DNA of 60,524 nt, counting the filler, from Theionarchaea archaeon (lineage in GTDB: Archaea; Methanobacteriota_B; Thermococci; Methanofastidiosales; SZ-28-30), in the NCBI GenBank assembly GCA_018992565.1. It is 5 parts of 5 records of this genome, joined end to end, with 100 filler letters (N's around TTAATTAATTAA, not from the genome) between each part and the next. Parts side by side here need not be neighbours in the genome. Positions count along the whole stretch, not along the records: positions 1 to 23,587 come from JACVGW010000039.1; 4 more parts are not named here. One strand, written 5' to 3'. A model generated the notes under the pieces. It searched no databases. It saw nothing but the letters and a program-made list of their open reading frames with translations, and was not told where the DNA came from. Below, piece after piece: positions 8,378 through 18,003 of this stretch. Within the stretch, counting starts at the first letter, position 1. The number at the start of each line of letters is the position of its first letter. A program made the position numbers and the translations under genes.

Positions 8378-9739
8378 CTAACCCCCCTGGGCAGTTCTTG
8401 ATTGCTCTAATAGAAATTCCGCCAGTTCTTTATAAGCTTTTTTGATCTCTTCTGTGGTCCCAAATTCCCTAGCCTTTCTATAGCAGCCTTCCAGATGTTC
8501 CTGCTTCTCTTTTCTATCGATCTCTCTGAGGTTATGTTCCACTTTTTGAATGTCAGGTGTATGCTCCAGCGTTTGATACATTTTCAGGCTTTCTTCCCAG
8601 AGCTCTCGTGCCATGGAGTAGTCCTCTTTCCGGGCATAACACAGCCCACAGTTGTACAGAGAAGAAGCACGCTTATACCCGTCATCCCCAGACAAAGCTG
8701 ATGCATTCTCAAAAGCCTGAAGTGCACCATCTATCTCATCATTCATGTAGAGGCAGGCTCCCAGGTCATTGAGGACATCTGACAGCAGCATAGTATCTCC
8801 CACGTTTTGCGCTATTTTGTGGCACTTTTTGTAGTATTCTTCAGCAACACCGTATCGTCGCAGTTTGAAGGCTATGTTTCCCAACCCCTTCAGGGCGTAT
8901 GCACGACCTCTGTTGTCTTCAACCTCCTCACACAGAGATTCCATGTGCAAGTACTCCCTTTCTGCATCCTCGAGGTTTCCTTTCAATTCTAGGATATTTG
9001 CCCTGGTGAAAAGAACCCAGGCCATCACCTTCTTGTCCAGACCAGCAGGTCCCGTTCTGAGAGAGTGAAGGAGTGCTTCTGTGTCCTGTTTTTCCTTTTC
9101 ATCCTGAATTTCATAGACTCTCTTAAGACATTCATCCCATTCCTCTGAGGTACGCAGTGTGTGCGTAGCTTCATCTTTTGCCATGCCAAAGACCTCCCTC
9201 CCCTTTTCTGACAGTTGATACGGGCTTTGTTCCTGATAGACTGTCTTCTTGTACTCAATATATCCTTTCATCCTCAGCTTCTGGAGATAACGATAGATAT
9301 TTGCCCTGGAAAGGCCTTTCTCGTCAGTAAGGGTTTTTTGAAGATAGTTCGAAATCTCTTCTGTTGTCACTGGTTGGTTGATTCCCACTGCGCAGATGAT
9401 GTGAAACATGAGTTCCCAGGGCTTCACTCGTAGTTCGCTGATTATTTCTTGGAGCTTCTCAAGGATTTCACCTTTCAACTCGTCAGGGACTGTTGCTGTT
9501 TTTCTTCTACTATCCCTAAACAGGTTCAGTCCTTTGTTGGTAATGGAATAGAACTTCTGGCCTTCTTTGCTCACCTTTCGCAGATATTCTCTCATGGTGA
9601 GCTTTTGCGAAGCGGAATCAGCACCTTTCCCAAACCCCGTGAGTTGTCGTTCCAGGATTCTCCTTTCTCTTGTCCGGGCAAAGTTGAGGATCTCAAACAT
9701 GAGTTCTGCCTCTTCTGCATTGCCATTATTTGCGCTCAT
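8378..9739 (-). CDS. Winged-helix + TPR repeat regulator
   Basis: wHTH (SRANIYRYLQKLRMKGYIE...YQLSEKG) preceded by a similar segment (FYSITNKG), then several TPRs (AYALKGLGNIAF, LNDLGACLY, LYNCGLCYAR). AGGAG SD precedes MSANN. Confidence 0.8.
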   Translation of the reverse strand: MSANNGNAEEAELMFEILNFARTRERRILERQLTGFGKGADSASQKLTMREYLRKVSKEGQKFYSITNKGLNLFRDSRRKTATVPDELKGEILEKLQEIISELRVKPWELMFHIICAVGINQPVTTEEISNYLQKTLTDEKGLSRANIYRYLQKLRMKGYIEYKKTVYQEQSPYQLSEKGREVFGMAKDEATHTLRTSEEWDECLKRVYEIQDEKEKQDTEALLHSLRTGPAGLDKKVMAWVLFTRANILELKGNLEDAEREYLHMESLCEEVEDNRGRAYALKGLGNIAFKLRRYGVAEEYYKKCHKIAQNVGDTMLLSDVLNDLGACLYMNDEIDGALQAFENASALSGDDGYKRASSLYNCGLCYARKEDYSMARELWEESLKMYQTLEHTPDIQKVEHNLREIDRKEKQEHLEGCYRKAREFGTTEEIKKAYKELAEFLLEQSRTAQGG

Positions 9740-10200
9740 ACTCCTGTATGTATTCAGCAGTCTAATATGGTTATTGGGATGTCGCAAAAAATGGGACGTT
9801 ATCATCCAGTTCAGTGGATGGAGATGCAGGGGTTGCAGCTTTCATATGTTGGTCTTCTGTCTTAATGATCGATTTGTGATTCTAATGATTGACATAACCT
9901 TGAGTTGATATAGGCTTTTATCTATGTCTCTAAGAATCTGATTGAGATTCTAAAAAAGATGCTCACAGTCTCATACGATCCTAGAAGTTCTTGAGATACT
10001 TACTTGATCCAAAGAAGGCTATCCTGGGTGATCTTAACTTTCATAAAAGGTATTAAAAGATCTTAAACATTTTCGAGGCTTACGTGGTGGCTATTCATAT
10101 TGGAGTGATACTATGAACAATGAAAGGCTTTTTATGGTTATTGATGGATGATTTTCTTGCGAATTTCCGGATAAGTACTAAACAAGAATATCCTCAACTC

Positions 10201-10251
10201 GGAGGGGGTTCTCCCCTTCAGAGGAGCCAGTGCATATGCATCTGGCTCCTC
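10201..10251. terminator. Two adjacent hairpins, possible terminator or structured 3' UTR
   Basis: ggagggg/ccccttc (10201-10219) and gaggagccag-tgcatatgca-t-ctggctcctc (10221-10251). Confidence 0.45.
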
Positions 10252-10483
10252 ATCTAGCTCCAGGTAAACCTGTCTGCGAATTAAGAGAGACAACATACTA
10301 CTTTTGTTCATGACAAGCCTTCACATGGTGGCTTAATAAAGATAAAGTGCAGCGCTGCCTTCATAGTCTTGTCTTTTGATCTCCTATGGCGCTGCAAATC
10401 ATGATAAAAGGTTTTGAATACTATAAAACTTCAATAAAGGGTTTGTTACTCATTGGAAAGCCTCGAACAATAAGAACCTTTTT

Positions 10484-11224
10484 ATGGCAGAAATACATAT
10501 CTCATCAATGAAAAAAGTCCCTGTGCTGGTACTGACGCTCTGCCTCTTGGCCATCTTACCCGCAACCTGTCCCCAGGAAGATGGACTCCCTGCAGGAAAA
10601 GAGCTGAGTATTCTGCTTTCGGCAACAGTAACTGATTACCAGGCCACATTGCAGGATTTTTTTTTCCAGCAAAGACTGCTCACTGCATCGTCTCTTGATT
10701 TGAAGTTGCACTTGTTGGAGACAAGGACAGACGAGCTGGCAGGGACTGCGATTCAACTGGACGAGTGCAGGATCTCTTTGATCCAGAGTCTGGAGGACGG
10801 GAACATCACAGCGGAGCAGTTTGCAGTTGAGATGCATAGACTGGCTGATGAGATTCTCATTCTGGCCCGTTCCCTCCATGGGCTTGGCCAGACTATTTCA
10901 AATATTGCGATGAATGTGTCAGCTCAGCAGGCTTTCCCCATCATAGAGAAGTTTAATGCTGCAGCCAGGTTCCTGTCAGAAATGGGAGCCAGGATGTCTC
11001 TGGCCATGAATCAGCACGGACTTGGTTCGTTTTCTGCTCCTGAAATTCCTCAATTGTCGGGGCCAATGAGCGAATCAGGAGGCAAAGAGGAAGGATCAGA
11101 GTCAGAAGGTTCAGGGAAATCAGGAGGCAAAGAGGAAGGATCAGAGTCAGAAGGTTCAGGGAAATCAGGAGGCAAAGAGGAAGGATCAGGAAAGCACAAA
11201 GGAAAAAAATCCCTTTTCTTGTAA
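10484..11224 (+). CDS. Secreted helical protein (DUF7096-like) with low-complexity tail
   Basis: Signal peptide MKKVPVLVLTLCLLAIL (alternative start ~10508). GKELS...LEDGNITAEQFAVEM resembles the haloarchaeal DUF7096 family. Confidence 0.6.
   Translation: MAEIHISSMKKVPVLVLTLCLLAILPATCPQEDGLPAGKELSILLSATVTDYQATLQDFFFQQRLLTASSLDLKLHLLETRTDELAGTAIQLDECRISLIQSLEDGNITAEQFAVEMHRLADEILILARSLHGLGQTISNIAMNVSAQQAFPIIEKFNAAARFLSEMGARMSLAMNQHGLGSFSAPEIPQLSGPMSESGGKEEGSESEGSGKSGGKEEGSESEGSGKSGGKEEGSGKHKGKKSLFL
11073..11189 (+). repeat. 45-bp in-frame tandem repeat, about 2.6 copies (SGGKEEGSESEGSGK)
   Basis: aatcaggaggcaaagaggaaggatcagagtcagaaggttcaggga at 11073 and 11118, with a partial copy at 11163. 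Confidence 0.95.
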
Positions 11225-11328
11225 CTACAGAAATTATGCGAATTCTGCCAGTTCACTTCCTCCCGGCATATTCTTTTCTTAGGCTTCATGAGAAAAACAC
11301 TTAAAGGGCACATCCGTATCTAATCAAG

Positions 11329-12246
11329 ATGACAAGAATTCCAGGCGCTTGCTTAGTGGGAGTGGTCCTTATGCTGCTGATGTCCAATGTGGCAACTTAT
11401 TCCTCTGAAATCACCACCATTACAATTCTGCTTGACTCTGCAGGTTCAGCATTGTGGACAGTGGAGGATAGATTTATACTTGCCACGGAAGAAGAGGAAG
11501 AGCTTTTCGAGGAATTTCAGAAAGATGAAGCACTGAAGGAAGAGAAACTCAATGAATTTAAGGAAAAAATGAGCATGCTACTGGAAAGAATCAAGTATGC
11601 TACGAAGCGATCCATGAACATGAGCAATTTCGAAATCTTTATGGGGAAAGAGGTCAGTGTCACAAATACATATGGAGTCATCCTGTTCAGGTTTACGTGG
11701 GATGAATTTGCAGTTGCGCAGGATGGTCAGCTTATCGTTGGAGACGTTTTTGAGGGTGGTTATTATATCTCCATGAATGAACTCCTGGTGGTTCAGTTTC
11801 CAGAGTCTTATCGCCTGGTGACAGCAACTCCATCCCCCGACCATCAGAAGGAGACCATGCTCATCTGGGAAGGGCCAATGAATTTTGCTGATGGTCATCC
11901 CGCGGTGGTGGTGGAGAAACAGAGAAGCTCAATTGCAGATGGAAAGTGGCTCATACCTGTCCTGGCGGCGATTCTGCTCTCTGTGGGTATTATGGCGCTG
12001 AGATCAAGAAAACATCCTGCAGAATCGGTCACTTATTCTCCGTACGTTGATGATAGGAAGCTCATTATTGACGTTGTACGGCAGCATGGAGGAAAAATAC
12101 CCCAGAAGGAACTGCCTGATTTGACTGGATTTTCCAAAGCCAAAATATCAATTCTTCTGAAAGAGCTCAAGAAGGAAGGGATCATCAGGAAGACATTTAG
12201 GGGAAGAGAAAATGAGATCGTGCTGGTCGACAGAGAATCTGACTGA
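11329..12246 (+). CDS. Membrane-anchored transcription factor (DUF7345-like ectodomain, TM helix, C-terminal wHTH)
   Basis: Signal peptide, FTWDEFA...VGDVF...PSPD ectodomain, TM helix, then GGKIPQKELPDLTGFSKAKISILLKELKKEGII...GREN HTH. Confidence 0.8.
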   Translation: MTRIPGACLVGVVLMLLMSNVATYSSEITTITILLDSAGSALWTVEDRFILATEEEEELFEEFQKDEALKEEKLNEFKEKMSMLLERIKYATKRSMNMSNFEIFMGKEVSVTNTYGVILFRFTWDEFAVAQDGQLIVGDVFEGGYYISMNELLVVQFPESYRLVTATPSPDHQKETMLIWEGPMNFADGHPAVVVEKQRSSIADGKWLIPVLAAILLSVGIMALRSRKHPAESVTYSPYVDDRKLIIDVVRQHGGKIPQKELPDLTGFSKAKISILLKELKKEGIIRKTFRGRENEIVLVDRESD

Positions 12247-12504
12247 CTAACCTGTCATCCCGGAGATAACCTACCTTCAATTGGAAGAATTTGAGGGATA
12301 TGGGAACAGGATGAGCTTCTGCGTTTTGAATTTTCGTGATTGCAACAGGATTTGGGTTTTCTATGATTTTGAATTGTATTGAAAAATCCTAAACGTTTAT
12401 AATTCTCTATAAAGGATTTTACCTGATCTGAAACAAAATGAACAATAAAAGGGTTTTTATAGTGCAATAGGGCAGATAACAAAAATGTAAAGGAGGTGAA
12501 AGAA

Positions 12505-13647
12505 ATGAAGAAGATTGCAGCCGGAATCTTAGTGATATGCCTTCTCCTTTCTGTTTCTGGAGTCTTTGCAGCATCCCCTGAAAGGGTTATTATTGTATTC
12601 CATGATAGCCCTGACGTCAACCTGGTGGGACAGTATGGACAGGTACACAAGACGTTCCATCTGATACCTGCAGTGGTAGCTACTTTGCCAGACCAGGCAA
12701 TGAAAGCCTTATCTAAGAACCCTCACGTCAAGTATATCCAGCCAGACTATGTCACACAGTACGTTGCGCCCTTGCAGATGAGTATATCTGCTGAGCCTTT
12801 GGCTCAAGTACTGCCTTGGGGAGTGGACCGGATTGATGCGGAACTGGCCTGGAGTACCTCTACGGGAGCTGGTGTAAAGGTAGCCATTGTGGACACAGGA
12901 ATTGACAGGGATCACCCTGACCTGGTGGCAAATATCAAAGGCGGATTTAATGCCATTGCACCCAGGGGACGATACAAGGATCCCAGTGACTTTGATGATG
13001 ACCACGGCCATGGTACACATTGTGCAGGCATTGTGGCAGCAGTGAACAACGACATTGGAGTGGTAGGAGTTGCTCCCGATGCATGGCTCTACGGTGTCAA
13101 AGTGTTGAGCAAGAGTGGAACTGGCCAGACCAGTGACTGCATTGAGGGCATCCAGTGGTGTGCAGACAACGGGATGGATGTTATATCCATGAGCTGGGGT
13201 TCCTCGACATATGATCAAGCTCTCAATGACGCCTGTCAGGCCGCCTGGGATGCAGGATGTGTCCTGGTATCCTCTGCAGGAAACAGTGGTGTTGAAACTC
13301 CAGACGGGTACCCTTCAGCATACTCTTCAGTCATGGCTATATCTGCCACTGATTCCAGTGACAACATTGCCTCATGGAGCAACTACGGAGATGAGATTGA
13401 ACTCGGGGCCCCTGGTGTGTCAGTATATTCAACCTACATGGGCGGTGAATATGCTACCATGTCTGGTACGTCTATGGCATGCCCCCATGTATCAGGTGTG
13501 GCAGCCCTCGTTCTGGCAGCTCATCCAGCCTACAGCAACCAGCAGGTCAGGCAAACCTTGTGGAATACAGCAGAAGACATAGGTGCACCCGGCTGGGACA
13601 TCTACTTCGGGTACGGGCTGGTAGACGCTCAAGCAGCAGTAGTCTAA
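12505..13647 (+). CDS. Secreted subtilisin-like S8 serine protease with I9 propeptide
   Basis: Catalytic motifs VDTGID, HGTHCAG and GTSMACPH. AGGAGGTGA SD upstream and T-rich terminator at about 13661-13684. Confidence 0.97.
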   Translation: MKKIAAGILVICLLLSVSGVFAASPERVIIVFHDSPDVNLVGQYGQVHKTFHLIPAVVATLPDQAMKALSKNPHVKYIQPDYVTQYVAPLQMSISAEPLAQVLPWGVDRIDAELAWSTSTGAGVKVAIVDTGIDRDHPDLVANIKGGFNAIAPRGRYKDPSDFDDDHGHGTHCAGIVAAVNNDIGVVGVAPDAWLYGVKVLSKSGTGQTSDCIEGIQWCADNGMDVISMSWGSSTYDQALNDACQAAWDAGCVLVSSAGNSGVETPDGYPSAYSSVMAISATDSSDNIASWSNYGDEIELGAPGVSVYSTYMGGEYATMSGTSMACPHVSGVAALVLAAHPAYSNQQVRQTLWNTAEDIGAPGWDIYFGYGLVDAQAAVV

Positions 13648-13932
13648 TCCAGTAATGCTATCTTTTTCTTTTTCCCTTTTTTTGAAAGAGGCAGGAATGA
13701 TCCCCATTTTCTTCTGCAGTGTCTCTATCTGCAGAGTCTACCAGTTATCTCTTTGTTTGGTGGACAATTTGGCCAGGAGCAGGCAGTGACAGGGTCTGGA
13801 GTAATTCTGGTCTCAGCAATTCACTAATGATAGTCCTGAGGGAGAGTCTCTATTGCCACCTCGAAACCGGGACCGGGTATTCTCTTCCACTCACGAGTGA
13901 ACAGATCAGGCTGACAGAAGGTCTGGCCTCCA

Positions 13933-14127
13933 CTACTCGTCAAGAATGAAAAGCTCTTCAATGGTAGTGTTCAGTGCTTTCGCAACATGGTAAGCCAACC
14001 TGAGAGAAGGGTTATACTTCCCCTTCTCCAGAAATAAGATAGTCTCTCTTCGTACGCCTACTTTCTGGGCAAGCTCCTCCTGAGTCATGTTGTATCGTGC
14101 TCTGAATTCTTTTATTCTGGTATTCAT
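13933..14127 (-). CDS. XRE-family HTH regulator
   Basis: [36 protein letters not shown] overlap with the upstream gene. Confidence 0.92.
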   Translation of the reverse strand: MNTRIKEFRARYNMTQEELAQKVGVRRETILFLEKGKYNPSLRLAYHVAKALNTTIEELFILDE

Positions 14128-14453
14128 CTGTTTCCCATCCTTATGTAGTAGAACAAAGACAGAATGCATACCAGCAGACTCCCTCCATACAGAAGAGCAA
14201 GTGCAGCACCCAGTAATCCCGTGTTCCCAGTCAAATAGATATAAGCCAGAAATGCTGCCCCTGAAAACATCGTATACATGAAAGCATTTCGAGCTGCCTT
14301 TCCCACAAACATCTCCAGCATTTCATCGTTTTCTCTGTACAAGGAGAAGTAGGAAAGAAACCCCAGTGAGCATAAGAAGGCAGGTTTTCCTTCGACGAGA
14401 AACAGAAGACTCAGGAGAGACAAGAATCCAAGATACCACATTGCATTCTTCAT
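14124..14453 (-). CDS. DUF3796-like membrane protein
   Basis: N-terminal YLGFLSLL and DEM...KAARNAF motif. Confidence 0.7.
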   Translation of the reverse strand: MKNAMWYLGFLSLLSLLFLVEGKPAFLCSLGFLSYFSLYRENDEMLEMFVGKAARNAFMYTMFSGAAFLAYIYLTGNTGLLGAALALLYGGSLLVCILSLFYYIRMGNR

Positions 14454-14875
14454 GCTCCCACCTGCACATCCCCTTTTCTGTTGAAATACCAGTATGCAAT
14501 GAAATATGTCCCTGCCATGACAAACACTGAAAGCGAAAGAGCTATCACCACATCCATAGTGACTAGTGTAAGGTTGGCAAAAATGAGTGCAGTCATGAAC
14601 AAGATGCCCACACGGAAAGAATGAGCCATGGCGTGAGCAATCAGCCTTTCCAGTCGTTCATCAGTCTTAGGGACATCTCTTTTTCTATTCTGGCGATAGT
14701 GTCGTATCATCTGAATATCAGCGAGCAGCACCAGGACTACGCATGTGACCAGCGTCGACCTGAAGACAGTATTCCCCCACCAGTCAAGTGACATGGAACC
14801 TACAAAGGTCGCCACTGCTATCACTGCGACGACAACCAGCATCGGCCACATGGGTTCAGGTTCTTCTCCCATCAT
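14450..14875 (-). CDS. DUF2178-like membrane protein
   Basis: Four TM helices with a central DER...A...S motif. Confidence 0.7.
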   Translation of the reverse strand: MMGEEPEPMWPMLVVVAVIAVATFVGSMSLDWWGNTVFRSTLVTCVVLVLLADIQMIRHYRQNRKRDVPKTDERLERLIAHAMAHSFRVGILFMTALIFANLTLVTMDVVIALSLSVFVMAGTYFIAYWYFNRKGDVQVGA

Positions 14876-14968
14876 ATCACCTCTCCACGATTTCTACATT
14901 TCTTGGAGATCTGGAAGGAAGCATATCCTGCAGGGTTCTCTTCCCTTCATAAGAGTTCCCCAGGCATT

Positions 14969-15028
14969 TGTTGGATTTTTCTAACTTATTGTTATTTATT
15001 TCTAACATAATGTTAAATTTATTTAACG
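14969..15028. promoter_or_regulatory. Three phased palindromic operators TGTT(A/G)-N8-TAAC
   Basis: 18-mers at 14969, 14990 and 15011 (21-bp period), directly downstream of a minus-strand TTTATATA at about 15031-15038. Confidence 0.75.
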
Positions 15029-15096
15029 TGTATATAAAGGTTTCGGTCAACAATCTTCAAAAACAGCATGTGAGGTTCCTACCATTGTAGGTAAGA

Positions 15097-16050
15097 TCAT
15101 AGAGGCAGGAGCATTTTCAGGTTTCGTGGAATGATGTCCAGGAGAACTTCCATTTCAAAATGCGTCAGCTTTTCTGCAGTTTCAGAAGGAAGTTCTTCAA
15201 GGAGAAAGCCTTCAAGCAGCAATGCGGTCTCGTCTTCGGAAAATACAGGACCTTCTTCCACCCAGTTTGTCGCCTTCCTGTTCTCCGGGCAGACATACTG
15301 GCACTGCATGCAGCCCACAAGGCAGTTGTGCCATGAAGGATCAACCCATTGCGGAAAGGGCACAGCACTGGGCTTTTCATTGTGCAGAGTCAGGCATCGT
15401 TCCGCATTGATGAGAAAACGTTCTGAGGTGATTGCATGAGTGGGACACTTCTTCAGGCACGCAGAGCACTTCTGGCATGATTCCATCATGTGTATGTCAT
15501 GCCAGCTGCCGGTGCCTTGTAGATCAGAAAAGAAAACCAGAGGAATGTAGAAGCTTCCCATCTCTGAAAAGTATGTGATGTTGTTCCTCCCGTAGGCTGC
15601 CAACCCACTGTGGACAGCTACCAGTTTCTCAGGAACAGAAGCCTCAAGAAACGTGTATTTCGTGTGAGTAACCTCACTGAGCAACTTCTTTACTGTGCGA
15701 CGAGTCCGGGTCTCGGAGAGGTACGTGGGAGGTATGGTTACAGGGATTTTCTTTCCCTTCCAGCAGAAAACAACACGGGTCATTGGTTGAGGAGCTGCAA
15801 TTACTACGAGAGATACGGCCTCCGGAAGCTCACGAGGAGGTCCAAAAGTGAATCGGCTAATATACTTCTGATAGATTTCTTCAGCAATGGCGCCTCTCCT
15901 GTAGTGGTCTTCCAGTTCCTTTTTCATGTCCTCAAGATGGTCAACAGAAATAATGCGTCCTTCATAGTGGTGCTTTCTTACTTGAGTGAGCAGTCCCTGT
16001 TCCTCATGGTCAGACATATGCTTTACTCTGGGGGATGTGCATATAAGCAT
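15097..16050 (-). CDS. QueG/reductive-dehalogenase-like 4Fe-4S dicluster protein
   Basis: AVHSGLAAYGRNN, CQKCSACLKKCP and RCLT...GCMQCQYVCPEN. True start may be ~16017. Confidence 0.8.
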   Translation of the reverse strand: MLICTSPRVKHMSDHEEQGLLTQVRKHHYEGRIISVDHLEDMKKELEDHYRRGAIAEEIYQKYISRFTFGPPRELPEAVSLVVIAAPQPMTRVVFCWKGKKIPVTIPPTYLSETRTRRTVKKLLSEVTHTKYTFLEASVPEKLVAVHSGLAAYGRNNITYFSEMGSFYIPLVFFSDLQGTGSWHDIHMMESCQKCSACLKKCPTHAITSERFLINAERCLTLHNEKPSAVPFPQWVDPSWHNCLVGCMQCQYVCPENRKATNWVEEGPVFSEDETALLLEGFLLEELPSETAEKLTHFEMEVLLDIIPRNLKMLLPL

Positions 16051-16226
16051 TCTGCAGATGTGATGATTCCCCCGTTATTTAATTGATAGGGTCCTTGAAC
16101 TCTCAGAGCGTATAGGAGAAATGATATCATCTGGCTGGAATGTTACAGTCTATTCTCCAAGACTCTTGAAATGTTCTTTCTGAAGACGAGGAATGGAAAT
16201 CAGGGAAAAAGAAAAGAAAAGGGAAC

Positions 16227-16577
16227 CTAGAGTCCTTTCCTGATAGTATCTAATCGTTCCTTTGCCTCAGAAATCTGTAGCATGTTCCAAAGTTCTTCCA
16301 GAAAGCCGCAAGGATAGTCTGTGCAGTGTGCGCAGGTCAGAACCCCTTTTTCAGATCCACATGTTCTCACTTTGCACATTGTGCAGTGCTTGAACTGCTC
16401 ACCCTCACTGGTGCATCCATCGCAGTTGATCTCATCAGCTTCTACGCTCCATTCAGGGCTTGACCACTGTTCAGCAGTTTTTTCCCGCAGTTCGTCGTTA
16501 TTCGTTCTCTTGGCTATAAAAGCAGGGCATTCATTGCAGACAAGTCCACAAAAAGCTATCATATCTTCTTCTGCCAT
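16227..16577 (-). CDS. DUF3795 Cys-rich protein
   Basis: AFCGLVCNECP, CDGC and CAHCTDYPC motifs. Confidence 0.85.
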   Translation of the reverse strand: MAEEDMIAFCGLVCNECPAFIAKRTNNDELREKTAEQWSSPEWSVEADEINCDGCTSEGEQFKHCTMCKVRTCGSEKGVLTCAHCTDYPCGFLEELWNMLQISEAKERLDTIRKGL

Positions 16578-16832
16578 TTAGACACCTCTTCAGTATAAAC
16601 TGCTCCTCGAATCATACCATTTGGCTCGGCCAGAAATCTTTCCCAGAGGTATGTTGATTGCAGGGATAAAAACTTTTGGATTGGTCTTCAGAGAACCTGG
16701 AGTGATTAGACTTTGGTTGCAGGTTTGCATTACTTTGAGATTTTTGTTGCTCAGGTCAGGTTCTTTCAAAGAATTTCATTTTGGGTTCTGTCGGTGTGCG
16801 TCATTAGACTCTCAGTAATTTGAATAGGTGAA

Positions 16833-17792
16833 TTGAGGGAGCGTATGATGGTCAAAGTCTTTGTTGCAGAAGATGAGTATTTCTATGCTGCAGCAAGCAG
16901 CGTGGACTGCCTTGATTGGCAGGGTACTGTCTTATGGGAAACTCCCGCCCTGGGGAGTACCTCCATAATGGTGCTTGAAGATGGAATTTTCACCAAGACG
17001 TACTCCTCAGAAAAGGATATTGCTGGTGTTGCATTTCTCAGTTTAGAAGGTGAAGTAATGTGGCAGAAAGACCTGGGTGCTTTTTCATCAGATGCCATAG
17101 GAGGGTCCAGTGACCTTTTGGTCGTCGGGGCTTCTGGTACATTATGGGCATTCTCAAGGACAGGAGAGGCCATATGGGGATACAAACACTCAATAGGAAT
17201 TAACCAGGTTGTGGTGGCTCCCGATAGTTCATGTATCATATTCACCGATTATAACTATGCTATCAACTGTGTATCGCAGAACATGCTACTGTGGTCATCT
17301 GCTCCCGGAGATGTATACTTCGGAGATAGTGGTCGCAATGTGAGAATTGCCCCTGACAGCTCCTATGTGGTATATGGATCCAAGAAAGGGGGGTCGTCCC
17401 TGGTAGTAGCCACATTAACAGGAGAGGAATTGTGGTCATTCCCTGTAAAAGAATACCTTTGTTCAGCAGAAATTACTCGTGATAGCGAGTATATCGTTGC
17501 AGGTGCTTATAATCATGTGTACAAGTTAAGACGTGATGGAACTCTCGTATGGGACAAGAGGATTCCAGGAAACATTGATTATCTGGCTCTTACACCTGAA
17601 GCCGATTACATTGCTGTGGGGAGTACTGGACTACCTTCTACCTTTTATCTGCTGGACGAGACGGGCACTGCTCCATGGGCAGTCAACAGCCTTGACACAA
17701 TCTGGGCAGTGACTATCAGCCCGGATGGCAAACATGTAGCCTTCAGCAATCGCCTTCATCGGCTTTACATACTCACTAATCCTCCAGAATAG
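16833..17792 (+). CDS. WD40/PQQ-like beta-propeller protein, possibly 5'-degenerate
   Basis: Repeated GxxxW blades (QGTVLW, EGEVMW, TGEAIW, TGEELW, DGTLVW). No in-frame signal peptide. Confidence 0.75.
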   Translation: MRERMMVKVFVAEDEYFYAAASSVDCLDWQGTVLWETPALGSTSIMVLEDGIFTKTYSSEKDIAGVAFLSLEGEVMWQKDLGAFSSDAIGGSSDLLVVGASGTLWAFSRTGEAIWGYKHSIGINQVVVAPDSSCIIFTDYNYAINCVSQNMLLWSSAPGDVYFGDSGRNVRIAPDSSYVVYGSKKGGSSLVVATLTGEELWSFPVKEYLCSAEITRDSEYIVAGAYNHVYKLRRDGTLVWDKRIPGNIDYLALTPEADYIAVGSTGLPSTFYLLDETGTAPWAVNSLDTIWAVTISPDGKHVAFSNRLHRLYILTNPPE

Positions 17793-18003
17793 ACAATCGA
17801 TATCAGAGAATGATCTGTGGCTACACATTATATGCTCTTAGTGACAATAGTGTCTATTTTGCAAACGTCCATCTAAATGGTACGATTTATTTCTTTCCTA
17901 GAGGGCAGGGAGCTATGGAGAACTCACATATCCGATTCACTCAAATACAGGATGCTTATTTCAGATCATGGCCACTTTTGTCCCGATCAACAGACAGAAT
18001 CTA

